Assembly: GCF_000018305.1 (NCBI RefSeq)
Contig: NC_009954.1
Span: 2,040,001 to 2,072,000 of the forward strand
DNA: 32,000 nt
Reading direction: 5' to 3'
DNA from: Caldivirga maquilingensis IC-167
Lineage (GTDB): Archaea > Thermoproteota > Thermoprotei > Thermoproteales > Thermocladiaceae
The position numbers and the translations under genes were made by a program. Below are positions 8,560 to 16,884 of the stretch, piece after piece. The notes below the pieces were generated by a model. That model worked only from the letters and a program-made list of their open reading frames with translations, was not told the origin of the DNA and made no database searches. Each line of letters opens with the position of its first letter. Position 1 is the stretch's first letter.

Positions 8560-10005
8560 TTAATACCTCCTTGATAATCTAAGCCAGTACTCAGCCTTCT
8601 TCTCACTGCAGGCTGCGTCACGAAGGTCACTTGGGGTTTCATCAGTATCCAGTGGTATGCCTAATGCATCGGATTCAGTGAGCTCCATTATTCTCCTACC
8701 GCATTCATCATCGCCACTCCACGGAACCTCAACCACACCACCCTCATTGAGCAATGCCTTAGCTTCACTTACATTGCTGCTTCTCCTAACGTGGCTCCTT
8801 AACCACTCCCACGTTGACTTACGCATATTATCCTCTATAGCCTTCATTAATTCCCTCACGGCATCAACGACATTACTCCTCTCCACGGCATACTTCTCGA
8901 ATGTATCCCTCCTGGTTAATGTTACTGCATTATCCTTAACATCACTCGGCCCCACCTCCAGCCTAATTGGAACACCCTTAAGCTCCCAGTGGTAGTACTT
9001 CCAGCCAGGTGTCTTATCCCTCCTATCATCAACATGAACCCTCACACCGGCATTAAGTAATTCACCGCTTACACCCTTAGCGTAATTCAATACGCTTTGA
9101 TCCTCACCATACATTATCGGTATTACCACTACTTGAATTGGAGCGTACCTTGGGGGTAGGAGTAAACCCCTATCATCACCGTTAACAGCGATCATTGACG
9201 CTATGATTCTCTCAGATATTCCGTAACTGGTGGTGTGAATGTAATGCATTTGCCCATCCTTACCCAGGTACTTCACGTCAAAAACCCTTGAGAAGTTCTC
9301 ACCCAGGTAGTGAACAGTGCCTATTTGCATTGTCCTACCGTCGGGCATTATTGTATCGAAGGCTATGGTGTATACTGCACCTGCGAATTTATCCCAATCC
9401 GGTCTCCTACTTATTAAGTACGGTATGCATAATTCATCCATAATCCTCCTATATATGCCTACAGCCTCCTTAACCTGCCTCTCAGCATCATCCCTATCCG
9501 CATGGGCAGTGTGAGCCTCCTTAAACATTGAAATCTCCCTAAGCCTAATCATTGGGTGAGTCATCTTTGTTTCAGCACGAAACACACTGACTATTTGATA
9601 CACCCTCAATGGTAAATCCGTGTGATCCCTTATCCAAAGCTTAAACATAGGCATCATAGCAGTCTCACTGGTCGGCCTCAACACTAGGCGCTCCTCACCA
9701 CCAGTACCCTTACTAACCCAGAAGACTTCACTCTCAAAACCCCTAATATGCTCACTCTCCTTTGAGAAGAACTCATAGGGGATGAACACGGGGAATAATA
9801 CCTCCTGGTGCCCTGTCTCATCATGTAGGCGACGTATTAACGCCTCCACATTACGCCTAATAGCGACACCGTAAGGCCTCCATATGTAGGCCCCCTTAAC
9901 AGGGTACCTGTAGTCATACACTTCAGCATCCATTATTACCTTATTAAACCACTCAATGAATGAAACCCACCTACTCCTAGGCCTCCCCTGAGGCCCCCTA
10001 ACCAC
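8560..10005 (-). CDS. proS: prolyl-tRNA synthetase (archaeal/eukaryotic type)
   Basis: 481 aa. Class II aaRS blocks (FRAE..., RLREF-like [13 protein letters not shown]), an N-terminal EWF..I...[11 protein letters not shown] block, and a C-terminal Zn-type domain ending in the conserved terminal Tyr (...LRLSRRY). Confidence 0.9.
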
Positions 10006-10098
10006 CTTTAGGTTAACCGTGGCAATACAAATCCCCTGTGGTTATTGTCTCAGGTTTTATAAACATAAGCCTATTCAGTATTCAGGAGACGGATGAGG

Positions 10099-10110
10099 AA
10101 TAATTAAAAG
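10099..10110 (+). promoter_or_regulatory. TATA-like box for tldD-like gene
   Basis: AATAATTAAAAG is centred about 27 nt upstream of ATG 10132. Confidence 0.5.
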
Positions 10111-10131
10111 CCGCAACAGCGCAGTGAAATT

Positions 10132-11559
10132 ATGGAGGATGAATTAAGGAGGCTTCTAGATAAGGCCCTCAGCCTAGGTGCCTCATACGCTGAGGTTAGG
10201 TATCAGGTTGATTCAGAGAGGAGTATTAGGGTTAGGAATGGTGTACTTGAAATGTCATCAACAGACTCAACGGAGGGGTATTCGGTTAGGGTACTTTACA
10301 AGGGGGCCTGGGGCTTCTCCTCTGGGCCAAGTCCATCAATTGAGCTTGCTGAAACCGCCTTCAAGATGGCTAGGGCAGCATCCTTATTAAAGCCTAAGGG
10401 TGCTTCACTAGCCCCCGGTGAGTTAGCATCATTAAGGTATGATGTTGTTGAGAAGGTTAAACTCAATGATGTTCAAATTGAGGATGCCGTAAAGTACATG
10501 ATGGATTTAGACAAGGCAATTAACGTGGATAAGAGACTAACCGTTAGGATACTTAACTTAAACATGATGGAGACTAGGAAAACCATAATTAATAGTGAGG
10601 GGGCATTAGTGGAGAGTAGGGTTCCTAGGCTTGAGTTATTCATGATAATTATAGCCCATGACCCAGGTAGGGGACTTAGCCAACAGAGAAGCGAACAATA
10701 CGGTGGTAGTGGTGGTTGGGAGTTGACGAAAACCCTCCGCATAGAGGAGGATGCCAAGGGGAATGCTGAAACATTGGTTAAAATCATTGATGAGGCGAAG
10801 CCCATTAAGAGTGAGGAGAAGCTTGACGTAGTATTCTCACCTGAGTTGGCGGGTATATTTGTTCACGAATCCATAGGCCACCCCAGTGAGCTAGATAGAA
10901 TAATGGGTAGGGAGGGGGCGGAGGCTGGGGAATCATACATGAAGCCCAGTGACCTAGGGAATTTGAGAATTGGAAGTGAACACGTCACCATAATTGATGA
11001 TCCAACGATACCGAATAGCTACGGTTACTACCTGGTTGATGAGGAGGGGGTTAAGGCTAGGCCTAGGATCCTTGTTAATAAGGGTGTTGTTAATGAATTC
11101 CTAATGAATAGGGAGTACGCGGCGTACATTGGGGCACGTAGTAATGCCGCGGCTAGGGCAAGTGAATTCAATAGGGAGCCGATACCGAGAATGGCTAATA
11201 CTTACTTAGCCCCAGGTGATTGGAAGCCTGAGGAGTTGATTAGGGAGACTAGGAATGGGTTGTATTTCGTTTCTTACCAGGAGTGGAACATTGATGATAG
11301 GAGGTGGTTCGGTAGGTATGGTGGATTGGAGGCTTATAGGATTACTAACGGTGAATTAGGTGAATTAGTTCTAATGCCGTACGTGGAGTTAACCACCAAG
11401 GCCCTTTGGAGTAGTGTTGACGCAGTGGCCAATGACCTATCCTTCAACGCCGGTACCTGCGGTAAAGGTAACCCATCGCAGGGTGTACCCGTGTGGTTTG
11501 GTGGCGTAACCTTTAGGGCTAAGAATATACTGGTTAAGCCCCCTGTCTTAAATCAATAA
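10132..11559 (+). CDS. tldD: TldD/PmbA-family metallopeptidase (TldD-like)
   Basis: 475 aa with the HESIGHPSELD metal-binding motif (HExxxH) characteristic of TldD, and a C-terminal GxC...G block. Confidence 0.85.
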   Translation: MEDELRRLLDKALSLGASYAEVRYQVDSERSIRVRNGVLEMSSTDSTEGYSVRVLYKGAWGFSSGPSPSIELAETAFKMARAASLLKPKGASLAPGELASLRYDVVEKVKLNDVQIEDAVKYMMDLDKAINVDKRLTVRILNLNMMETRKTIINSEGALVESRVPRLELFMIIIAHDPGRGLSQQRSEQYGGSGGWELTKTLRIEEDAKGNAETLVKIIDEAKPIKSEEKLDVVFSPELAGIFVHESIGHPSELDRIMGREGAEAGESYMKPSDLGNLRIGSEHVTIIDDPTIPNSYGYYLVDEEGVKARPRILVNKGVVNEFLMNREYAAYIGARSNAAARASEFNREPIPRMANTYLAPGDWKPEELIRETRNGLYFVSYQEWNIDDRRWFGRYGGLEAYRITNGELGELVLMPYVELTTKALWSSVDAVANDLSFNAGTCGKGNPSQGVPVWFGGVTFRAKNILVKPPVLNQ

Positions 11560-11580
11560 CCCCTGTATCCCGGATTTGGC

Positions 11581-12132
11581 TTAATTAATCCTGGTTAAGT
11601 AGGTTGCTAAATTATTGAAGGCCCTTGACCTATGCGACAACTTATTCTTTAAATCCTCACCCATCTCAGCGAACGTTAAGTCATAGCCCTCGGGAATGAA
11701 GACTGGGTCATACCCAAACCCACTACTACCCCTCGGCTCCTCACTTAACCTACCCTTAACAATACCTGTGAATAACTTAACCTCATTATTAATGCATAAG
11801 CCCACAACGGACTTAAAGTACGCACCCCTGTCCCTTGAGCCTTGAAGAAGCCTCAACAGGCCCCTTAACCCTATTGTCCTATAAACGTACTCTGAGTAGG
11901 GTCCGGGGAAACCGTTAAGGGAATCCACGAATAAGCCGTCATCCTCAACGACAAGCCAATCAACGCAATTTAACCTAAGAGCGTAATTAACGATCTCCTC
12001 CAAGCTATCACTCTGAATCTCAACCTTATTAATCGAATTCTCCATCACTATACTTATACCGTACTGGGAGAGTATTGAAGTAGCCTCCTTCAACTTATGT
12101 TGATTCCTAGTCACGAACCTTAAGGTCACCAT
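11581..12132 (-). CDS. non-canonical purine NTP pyrophosphatase (HAM1/RdgB/ITPase family)
   Basis: 183 aa with ...VVEDDGLFVDSLNGFPGPYS... and FGYDPVF motifs of the ITPase family. Confidence 0.85.
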   Translation of the reverse strand: MVTLRFVTRNQHKLKEATSILSQYGISIVMENSINKVEIQSDSLEEIVNYALRLNCVDWLVVEDDGLFVDSLNGFPGPYSEYVYRTIGLRGLLRLLQGSRDRGAYFKSVVGLCINNEVKLFTGIVKGRLSEEPRGSSGFGYDPVFIPEGYDLTFAEMGEDLKNKLSHRSRAFNNLATYLTRIN

Positions 12133-12218
12133 AATAGGTCCCTAATACATGGGGAAATATACCTTTAGGTGTTTCATTACGACAGTAATACTTATTAATT
12201 CACAACACTCACCCACTA

Positions 12219-12506
12219 ATGCGTAGAGACACTGCGATTGGTGTTGCATTAATGGTGATTGGGGCAGTGGTAATAGTGGCTTACGGTTGGTTAGTCTTCG
12301 CCACCCCATGGTGGCGTATTGTACTTGAGTTAACAGGCTTCATAGCAGTCGCCGCCGTATTCGGTATACTGGCGTGGATTGGGTACGCCCTAGCAACCAC
12401 ACCACCACCAAAGCCCATTGAGGAGATTGAGAAGGAGATTCAGGAGGAGCTGCAGAAGCTTCAGGAGGAGGAGAAGAAGCAGGAGGGTAGTAAGGGGTCA
12501 TCTTAA
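12219..12506 (+). CDS. small membrane protein (2 TM) with an E/K-rich C-terminal tail, unknown function
   Basis: Two clear hydrophobic helices, then PPPKPIEEIEKEIQEELQKLQEEEKKQEG. A TATA-like TACTTATTAATT (12189-12200) lies about 24 nt upstream of the ATG. Confidence 0.6.
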   Translation: MRRDTAIGVALMVIGAVVIVAYGWLVFATPWWRIVLELTGFIAVAAVFGILAWIGYALATTPPPKPIEEIEKEIQEELQKLQEEEKKQEGSKGSS

Positions 12507-12546
12507 CATTCAAGGTTACTTAGTAATGCATTAAAATTAAAACATG

Positions 12547-12861
12547 TTAACTCCTCCTAATACCCTGTAGGGATTTTAAGTCATTGATACCGATTATGAC
12601 CTTATCTAAGTAATCCGTTATAAGCACCATGGTGTATATCGACTTATCACCTATCATTAAATCAACGTGACTGTAATTAGCCTTAACTAGTGAGCAGCAT
12701 GAACCAATGGTGGCCTCACCTTCAATTAATAAGCCTAATTCAACTGCAATATGCCTTGGTAAAATACTGTGAAATGAACCGTTAACTTCACCATTAACTG
12801 TAACGCTTAATCCACTCCTCCTATTAATTACCTTAACAATCATTTCAAATCTAGAAGCCAT
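12547..12861 (-). CDS. hypothetical protein, possibly retropepsin-like (clan AA) fold lacking the DTG catalytic triad
   Basis: 104 aa. GEVNGSFHSILPRHIAVELGL and VIIGINDLKSL resemble the DTGF..L.LP....LGL and LLG.D.L blocks of small archaeal aspartic-protease-like proteins, but VNG replaces DTG. Confidence 0.45.
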   Translation of the reverse strand: MASRFEMIVKVINRRSGLSVTVNGEVNGSFHSILPRHIAVELGLLIEGEATIGSCCSLVKANYSHVDLMIGDKSIYTMVLITDYLDKVIIGINDLKSLQGIRRS

Positions 12862-12952
12862 ACTGGTTTAATTAAACCTAACTCGTGATGAATCTAGGTA
12901 TGAGGCAATAGTTTTAAGCCTATCATTAATTAAGCTTAAATCAGGGGGTGCC

Positions 12953-13240
12953 ATGGGGAGTGGGGTTAGGGTAAGGGTAATTGTTAAGGGTATTGTGCAG
13001 GGTGTGGGTTTTAGGTCATTCATTAGGCGTCATGCCACGGCCCTCGGTTTAACAGGCTATGTTAGGAACCTGCCTGATGGTGAGTCCGTTGAAATAGTGG
13101 TGAGTGGACCGGAGGATAGGGTTAATGAGTTAATTAAGTTAGCTAAGAGGGGTCCACCCGCTGCTGTTGTTGATAGCGTGGAGGTGGAGCCTTATGAGGG
13201 TGTTGAGGATTTCACAGGCTTCTCAGTAAGGTATGATTAA
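12953..13240 (+). CDS. acyP: acylphosphatase
   Basis: 95 aa with the canonical V.G.VQGVGFR phosphate-binding loop followed by GYVRN..DGSVE. Confidence 0.9.
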   Translation: MGSGVRVRVIVKGIVQGVGFRSFIRRHATALGLTGYVRNLPDGESVEIVVSGPEDRVNELIKLAKRGPPAAVVDSVEVEPYEGVEDFTGFSVRYD

Positions 13241-14241
13241 GCCAGGTGAAAAACCAGTATTATGTAGGCTACATAACCCATTAAACCCAGTACCGCTACA
13301 TCAGGGGTTAACCTCCTCCTCACTATATGGTAAATCACCACCATTGAAATGACCTCAACCACTATAACGCTTACTAATGCACCTAACGTTAACCTCCAGT
13401 GGGTTAGAAGTAGACCTAATGCCGGGTATATTGTGGAGTAAAGGACCTTCTCACCCACTAATGCGGCTACAGCCATGGTGTCCCTATTCTTAAGCACCCA
13501 TATTACTGCGGTTATTGATTCAGGTAAGACAGTGGCTAAGGGGACGATGATTATTGTTAATGATAATGCATCAATAGAGAGCAGGGAGGAGGCCTCATTA
13601 ATGGCGTAAACCATTAGCCTTGAGCCAATTATTAAGATAACTAGGGCTAAAGCCGCTTGGGTAATGGCTAAGGCGTATTTACGCCTACTTAAGCCAATGA
13701 TAAATGACAGGTATGGTTCCTCATAATCCTCAATCACCAATCCCTGGTGAGAGTACATTAACTTAATGTAAATTAAGTAGGTTAGAATGAGCAGTAAAGC
13801 AACCGTGTACTTTACGGTAACATTACTTATTAAGGCTGGTAGAAGTATAGTTGGGTAGAGTGCGGTGAAGAGTAGGTAAGGGATTATTAATTCCTTATTA
13901 ACCTCAAGTACCGTATCATCCCTAATCCCCATTAACCTACCTATGGTTACGAAGAGGAAGAGGAATGGGAAGACTATTGTGGATATCATGAAGGGTTCAC
14001 CCATTACAGTCCCAATTCCAATATCCTGCCCAGACTCACCACCGTATAGGTAAAGAGCCACTGCAAATATAATTAATTCAGGCATTGATGTAAAGATGGG
14101 TGATATTATTGCCCCAATGAAGGATTCACCAATCCTAGACCTCCCACCCATGTACTCTAAGGCATTAGTGAACAGTAAACCCCCAGTGAAGGTTAAGGCA
14201 ACTCCAATGGCAATTAAAACAACTACGTCCACTATCCCCAT
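13237..14241 (-). CDS. Ca2+/cation antiporter (CaCA, YrbG-like sodium/calcium exchanger)
   Basis: 334-aa polytopic protein with two alpha-repeat-like blocks, GESFIGAIISPIFTSMPELI and IIIVPLATVLPESITAV. Confidence 0.75.
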   Translation of the reverse strand: MGIVDVVVLIAIGVALTFTGGLLFTNALEYMGGRSRIGESFIGAIISPIFTSMPELIIFAVALYLYGGESGQDIGIGTVMGEPFMISTIVFPFLFLFVTIGRLMGIRDDTVLEVNKELIIPYLLFTALYPTILLPALISNVTVKYTVALLLILTYLIYIKLMYSHQGLVIEDYEEPYLSFIIGLSRRKYALAITQAALALVILIIGSRLMVYAINEASSLLSIDALSLTIIIVPLATVLPESITAVIWVLKNRDTMAVAALVGEKVLYSTIYPALGLLLTHWRLTLGALVSVIVVEVISMVVIYHIVRRRLTPDVAVLGLMGYVAYIILVFHLA

Positions 14242-14375
14242 TCATTAAGGTGAATTAATCAGCCTATTTAAACTAAACTCAAGGTATTGTTGATGAGGCC
14301 CATCCCTAGTTACTTAAGTAGTAACGCATTGTGAACCACCCCAGGTTTTATTAATCCCTAAGCCGTGGTTTAAGC

Positions 14376-14786
14376 ATGTCCAGTAACCCCTGGGATGTAG
14401 TCTCGGAGTACGTGAACTCGCTTAGTGGATTAAAACCATTATTAGTCATAATGCATGGGTTATGGGTAACCGGTGAAGCATTCCTGATGGAGTCTAAACC
14501 ACCCGTAGACTTGATAATCATCGCCGATAATGCACCAGTAGGTGTTAGGGAGGATGAGGTTAAGGGCTTAAGGATTAAGGCCAGGTTCCTCACACCGGAA
14601 TCAGCGTTAAGCATGGTTGAGCAATGTGATGAGGAGTTAATTAACGCAATCTACACTGGTACATTTATAGTGAAGGATGAGGAATTCTATAAGCGTATTG
14701 AGAATGCTTTAAATGAACAAATTAGGGAGGGTAGGTTAACTTGGGATAGTAAAAGGGGTCTTTGGGTTAAGGCATCCTTGATTTAA
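14376..14786 (+). CDS. hypothetical protein, weak minimal-nucleotidyltransferase-like N-terminus
   Basis: 136 aa. LLVIMHGLWVTGEAFLMESKPPVDLIII loosely follows the GS..G...(x)SD.D pattern, but most catalytic residues are missing. I preferred it over the overlapping antisense ORF 14351..14614. Confidence 0.4.
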   Translation: MSSNPWDVVSEYVNSLSGLKPLLVIMHGLWVTGEAFLMESKPPVDLIIIADNAPVGVREDEVKGLRIKARFLTPESALSMVEQCDEELINAIYTGTFIVKDEEFYKRIENALNEQIREGRLTWDSKRGLWVKASLI

Positions 14787-14789
14787 GGC

Positions 14790-15617
14790 TTAACTGGATT
14801 TAACAACCATGAATAAGCCAATGATAGTAATCACTGCACCCACTACTTCAAGGGGTGTTACACTTGATTTAATCATTAATGCACTGAAGTAGAGGGCTAG
14901 TATTGGTGTTAAGAGTAGTATTGACGATACTGTACTCGGCCTCTCACTGCTAATTGCCTTAAACCAGAGCATGAAGCCTAGTACCTGGGCATCAAGCACC
15001 ACTAGAAGAATCAGTAAAATACCCTTAATGGTTAAGGATAATGCAGGATCAATGGGTAAAGCCAATGCAGTCACAGGTATTGATAATACTGATGATGATG
15101 CATTAGCCACCAATGGGTTAACATCCCTAAACCACATTGAGTAAAGAACAGTCCCAAGACCCCACAGTAAACCAGCCATTAAACCCACAACCACCCCAAG
15201 GCTAAGGGACAGTGAACTCAATGAAGCCACAGCAACCCCCATGAAACCCAATAAAACACCCCCAATCCTCATTAAACTCAACCTACGTTTAAGCATCAAC
15301 CACTCAAAAACAGCCACAAAAAGCGGCTGCGTATATATCATTAACGCCGCTAAACCTGGATTAGGGGAGTAGAGTATTGACATGTTTATCAAAACCAGGA
15401 AAAGCCCCATGTTAAGCACCGACACTATAAGCATCCTTGAATTCAATATAAGCCTCCTAGCCAAAGGATACATGAGTAATGAGGCGGCACCCACCCTAAC
15501 CACTGAAATAACCATAGGCGAAGCATAAGCCTCAGCCATCCTTGTAAGCGGATACGCCACACCCCACACCAAGGCCAACGCAATAGAGTAAATCAAACCA
15601 CCACTTAGCCTACTCAT
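14790..15617 (-). CDS. DMT-superfamily (EamA-like) transporter
   Basis: About 10 hydrophobic helices in two EamA-like halves. The ORF track start ATG 15641 abuts a TATA-like box (15641-15650). ATG 15617 (MSRLSGG...) is about 28 nt downstream. Confidence 0.8.
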   Translation of the reverse strand: MSRLSGGLIYSIALALVWGVAYPLTRMAEAYASPMVISVVRVGAASLLMYPLARRLILNSRMLIVSVLNMGLFLVLINMSILYSPNPGLAALMIYTQPLFVAVFEWLMLKRRLSLMRIGGVLLGFMGVAVASLSSLSLSLGVVVGLMAGLLWGLGTVLYSMWFRDVNPLVANASSSVLSIPVTALALPIDPALSLTIKGILLILLVVLDAQVLGFMLWFKAISSERPSTVSSILLLTPILALYFSALMIKSSVTPLEVVGAVITIIGLFMVVKSS

Positions 15618-15640
15618 CTCCCTGCACCAAATAACCCACA

Positions 15641-15650
15641 TTTTAAACCT
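15641..15650 (-). promoter_or_regulatory. TATA-like box for the DMT transporter
   Basis: The minus strand reads AGGTTTAAAA, centred about 28 nt upstream of ATG 15617. Confidence 0.45.
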
Positions 15651-15759
15651 AACCCCTCACCGTGAAGTAAAGGAAGCCCAATTCCTCCAGGAATGAAATT
15701 AAATAATAAAGCCTAACTGAATCAAGTAAGCAACCCGCATGATGAAGATAATCATTAAA

Positions 15760-16006
15760 TTTGGAGCGCCAGAGTAGCGATAATATTAATACTGCATGCA
15801 ATGATCATTAGTAATGCTGATACTACGATGCTTGTTTACCTACTCACTTAGAATTTGGACTGTCAGAGTCGAGGTAGTATTAATACTATCGCTACTCTGG
15901 CGCTCCAAAACTCAATGAGGAAGAAATTCATTGCCGGAATCATACAATTAGCATTCACTGTACATTAACTTTAGTATTAATATTACCTCGACTCTGGCGC
16001 TCCAAA
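15760..16006. repeat. Array of four 34-bp units in interleaved inverted orientation (-> 60 bp -><- 63 bp <-)
   Basis: U1 (+) 15760-15793: TTTGGAGCGCCAGAG TAGCGAT AATATTAATACT. U2 (+) 15854-15887: TTTGGACTGTCAGAG TCGAGGT AGTATTAATACT. U3 (-) 15876-15909: TTTGGAGCGCCAGAG TAGCGAT AGTATTAATACT. U4 (-) 15973-16006: TTTGGAGCGCCAGAG TCGAGGT AATATTAATACT. U2 and U3 share the perfect 12-bp palindrome AGTATTAATACT (15876-15887). Confidence 0.9.
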
Positions 16007-16122
16007 ACTATGGTAACCTTGTTGATCGCGGAAGGGGCTAGGGGATTGTAATGAATTATCGTAAAAACATAGGCTGGAGCTATGCATTATATGCCTAGTT
16101 AACTCATTAATATTAAGTCTCT

Positions 16123-16164
16123 GACCCCCTCCCCGCCCTAAAGGGCGAGGGTTCCGTTGGGGTC
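16123..16164. other. GC-rich imperfect stem-loop (possible small structured RNA or transcript-end hairpin)
   Basis: GACCCC (16123-16128) pairs with GGGGTC (16159-16164). Inner stem CCCCGCCC (16131-16138) pairs with GGGCGAGGG (16143-16151, one bulged A), with a TAAA loop. GC content is far above the local background. Confidence 0.35.
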
Positions 16165-16174
16165 TCGGGTGTTA

Positions 16175-16188
16175 CCCCCCCCCCCCCC
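16175..16188. repeat. C14 homopolymer tract (G14 on the minus strand)
   Basis: 14 consecutive C, counted directly, followed by TTTGT and GGGGG (16194-16198), which can pair with the last five C. Confidence 0.95.
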
Positions 16189-16302
16189 TTTGTGGGGGCT
16201 ACTTGATTATGATCAAAAAGGAATACCCCTAAACCATGTTGATGGATTCTTGAATTCAGACTCAGTGAGCATAGCCTACTACTAATGCTTGGTTTAAAGC
16301 CT

Positions 16303-16878
16303 CTATGGTGGGGGTGGTGCTGTGAAGACGTAGTATTGTTCATTCCCCTGAAGCTCCCTTATAATCCTCTCAACGATAAGCCTCTGCACATTAATCCCAA
16401 TCCTATTCTTAAAGTCATCAAAGCTTTCAAAGGGCTTCTTAACCCTCTCCTCAAGCACCTGGTTAAGGGTCTTCTTACCAATACCCTTAAGTAATTCAAG
16501 ACTATGTAGTTTTAATGTAAGTGGCCCGGCCTTATTAATCCAGTCTATGAAGAACTTCTCCCTAACCTTAACAATCTTCTCCACCACAGCCTCAAGCTCC
16601 TGCTTAGCCTGTGGCGTTAATTCATCGTACTTAAGCCTCCTAACAATCTTATTCACTTTATCCCTAACCCCATTACCAATGTAAACCCTCTCCCCAATCT
16701 CCACAGTAGCCTCATGCTTAAGCGTAACCTCAAGAAGCGTGAAGTACTCCTCCCCAACAACCTGCAGGTAAGTGTCCCTCCTAGGGAAGCCCCTCCTAAT
16801 AATCTCAGCCTCCTTCATTAAAGCCTCCTCAGGCGGTATTATGTCTAGGACGTAGGCGTAATCCTCCTTCCTAACCAC
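16303..16878 (-). CDS. DUF655-family protein (predicted HhH nucleic-acid-binding protein)
   Basis: 191 aa. The N-terminus MVRKEDYAYVLDIIPPEE and the helix-hairpin-helix-like LELLKGIGKKTLNQVLEER are typical of DUF655. It lies 6 nt downstream of rpo4/rpoF, a conserved archaeal gene pair. GTG start. Confidence 0.8.
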   Translation of the reverse strand: MVRKEDYAYVLDIIPPEEALMKEAEIIRRGFPRRDTYLQVVGEEYFTLLEVTLKHEATVEIGERVYIGNGVRDKVNKIVRRLKYDELTPQAKQELEAVVEKIVKVREKFFIDWINKAGPLTLKLHSLELLKGIGKKTLNQVLEERVKKPFESFDDFKNRIGINVQRLIVERIIRELQGNEQYYVFTAPPPP

Positions 16879-16884
16879 ACTTAA

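Noticed and set aside
8657-10805. Antisense ORFs 8657..8995, 9317..9514, 10178..10390 and 10473..10805
   Set aside because: They are embedded in or antisense to ProRS and TldD and give S/L/T-rich shadow-frame products.
15760-16006. CRISPR array
   Set aside because: There are only four units. They are in inverted rather than direct orientation, two of them are fused back to back, and no cas genes or leader are present in the window.
16100-16210. tRNA half / split tRNA, H/ACA or RNase P RNA in the GC-rich segment
   Set aside because: No T-loop (GTTCRANYC) or acceptor-like ends, no K-turn or pseudouridylation pocket with a correctly spaced ACA, and no GGAAAGTCC-type RNase P core on either strand.
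15650-16300. Replication origin (ORB elements flanking a DUE, G-string)
   Set aside because: The inverted repeats and the G/C string are superficially ORB-like. However, the units do not match the TCCA-N3-GGAAA ORB core I know, the spacers are not markedly AT-rich, and no orc1/cdc6 gene is adjacent. I kept this only as a remote alternative.
16113-16494. ORFs 16113..16343 (-) and 16285..16494 (+)
   Set aside because: The first reads through the C14/G14 tract and the GC hairpin (giving a poly-Gly/Pro-like product). The second is antisense to the DUF655 gene. Neither has promoter support.
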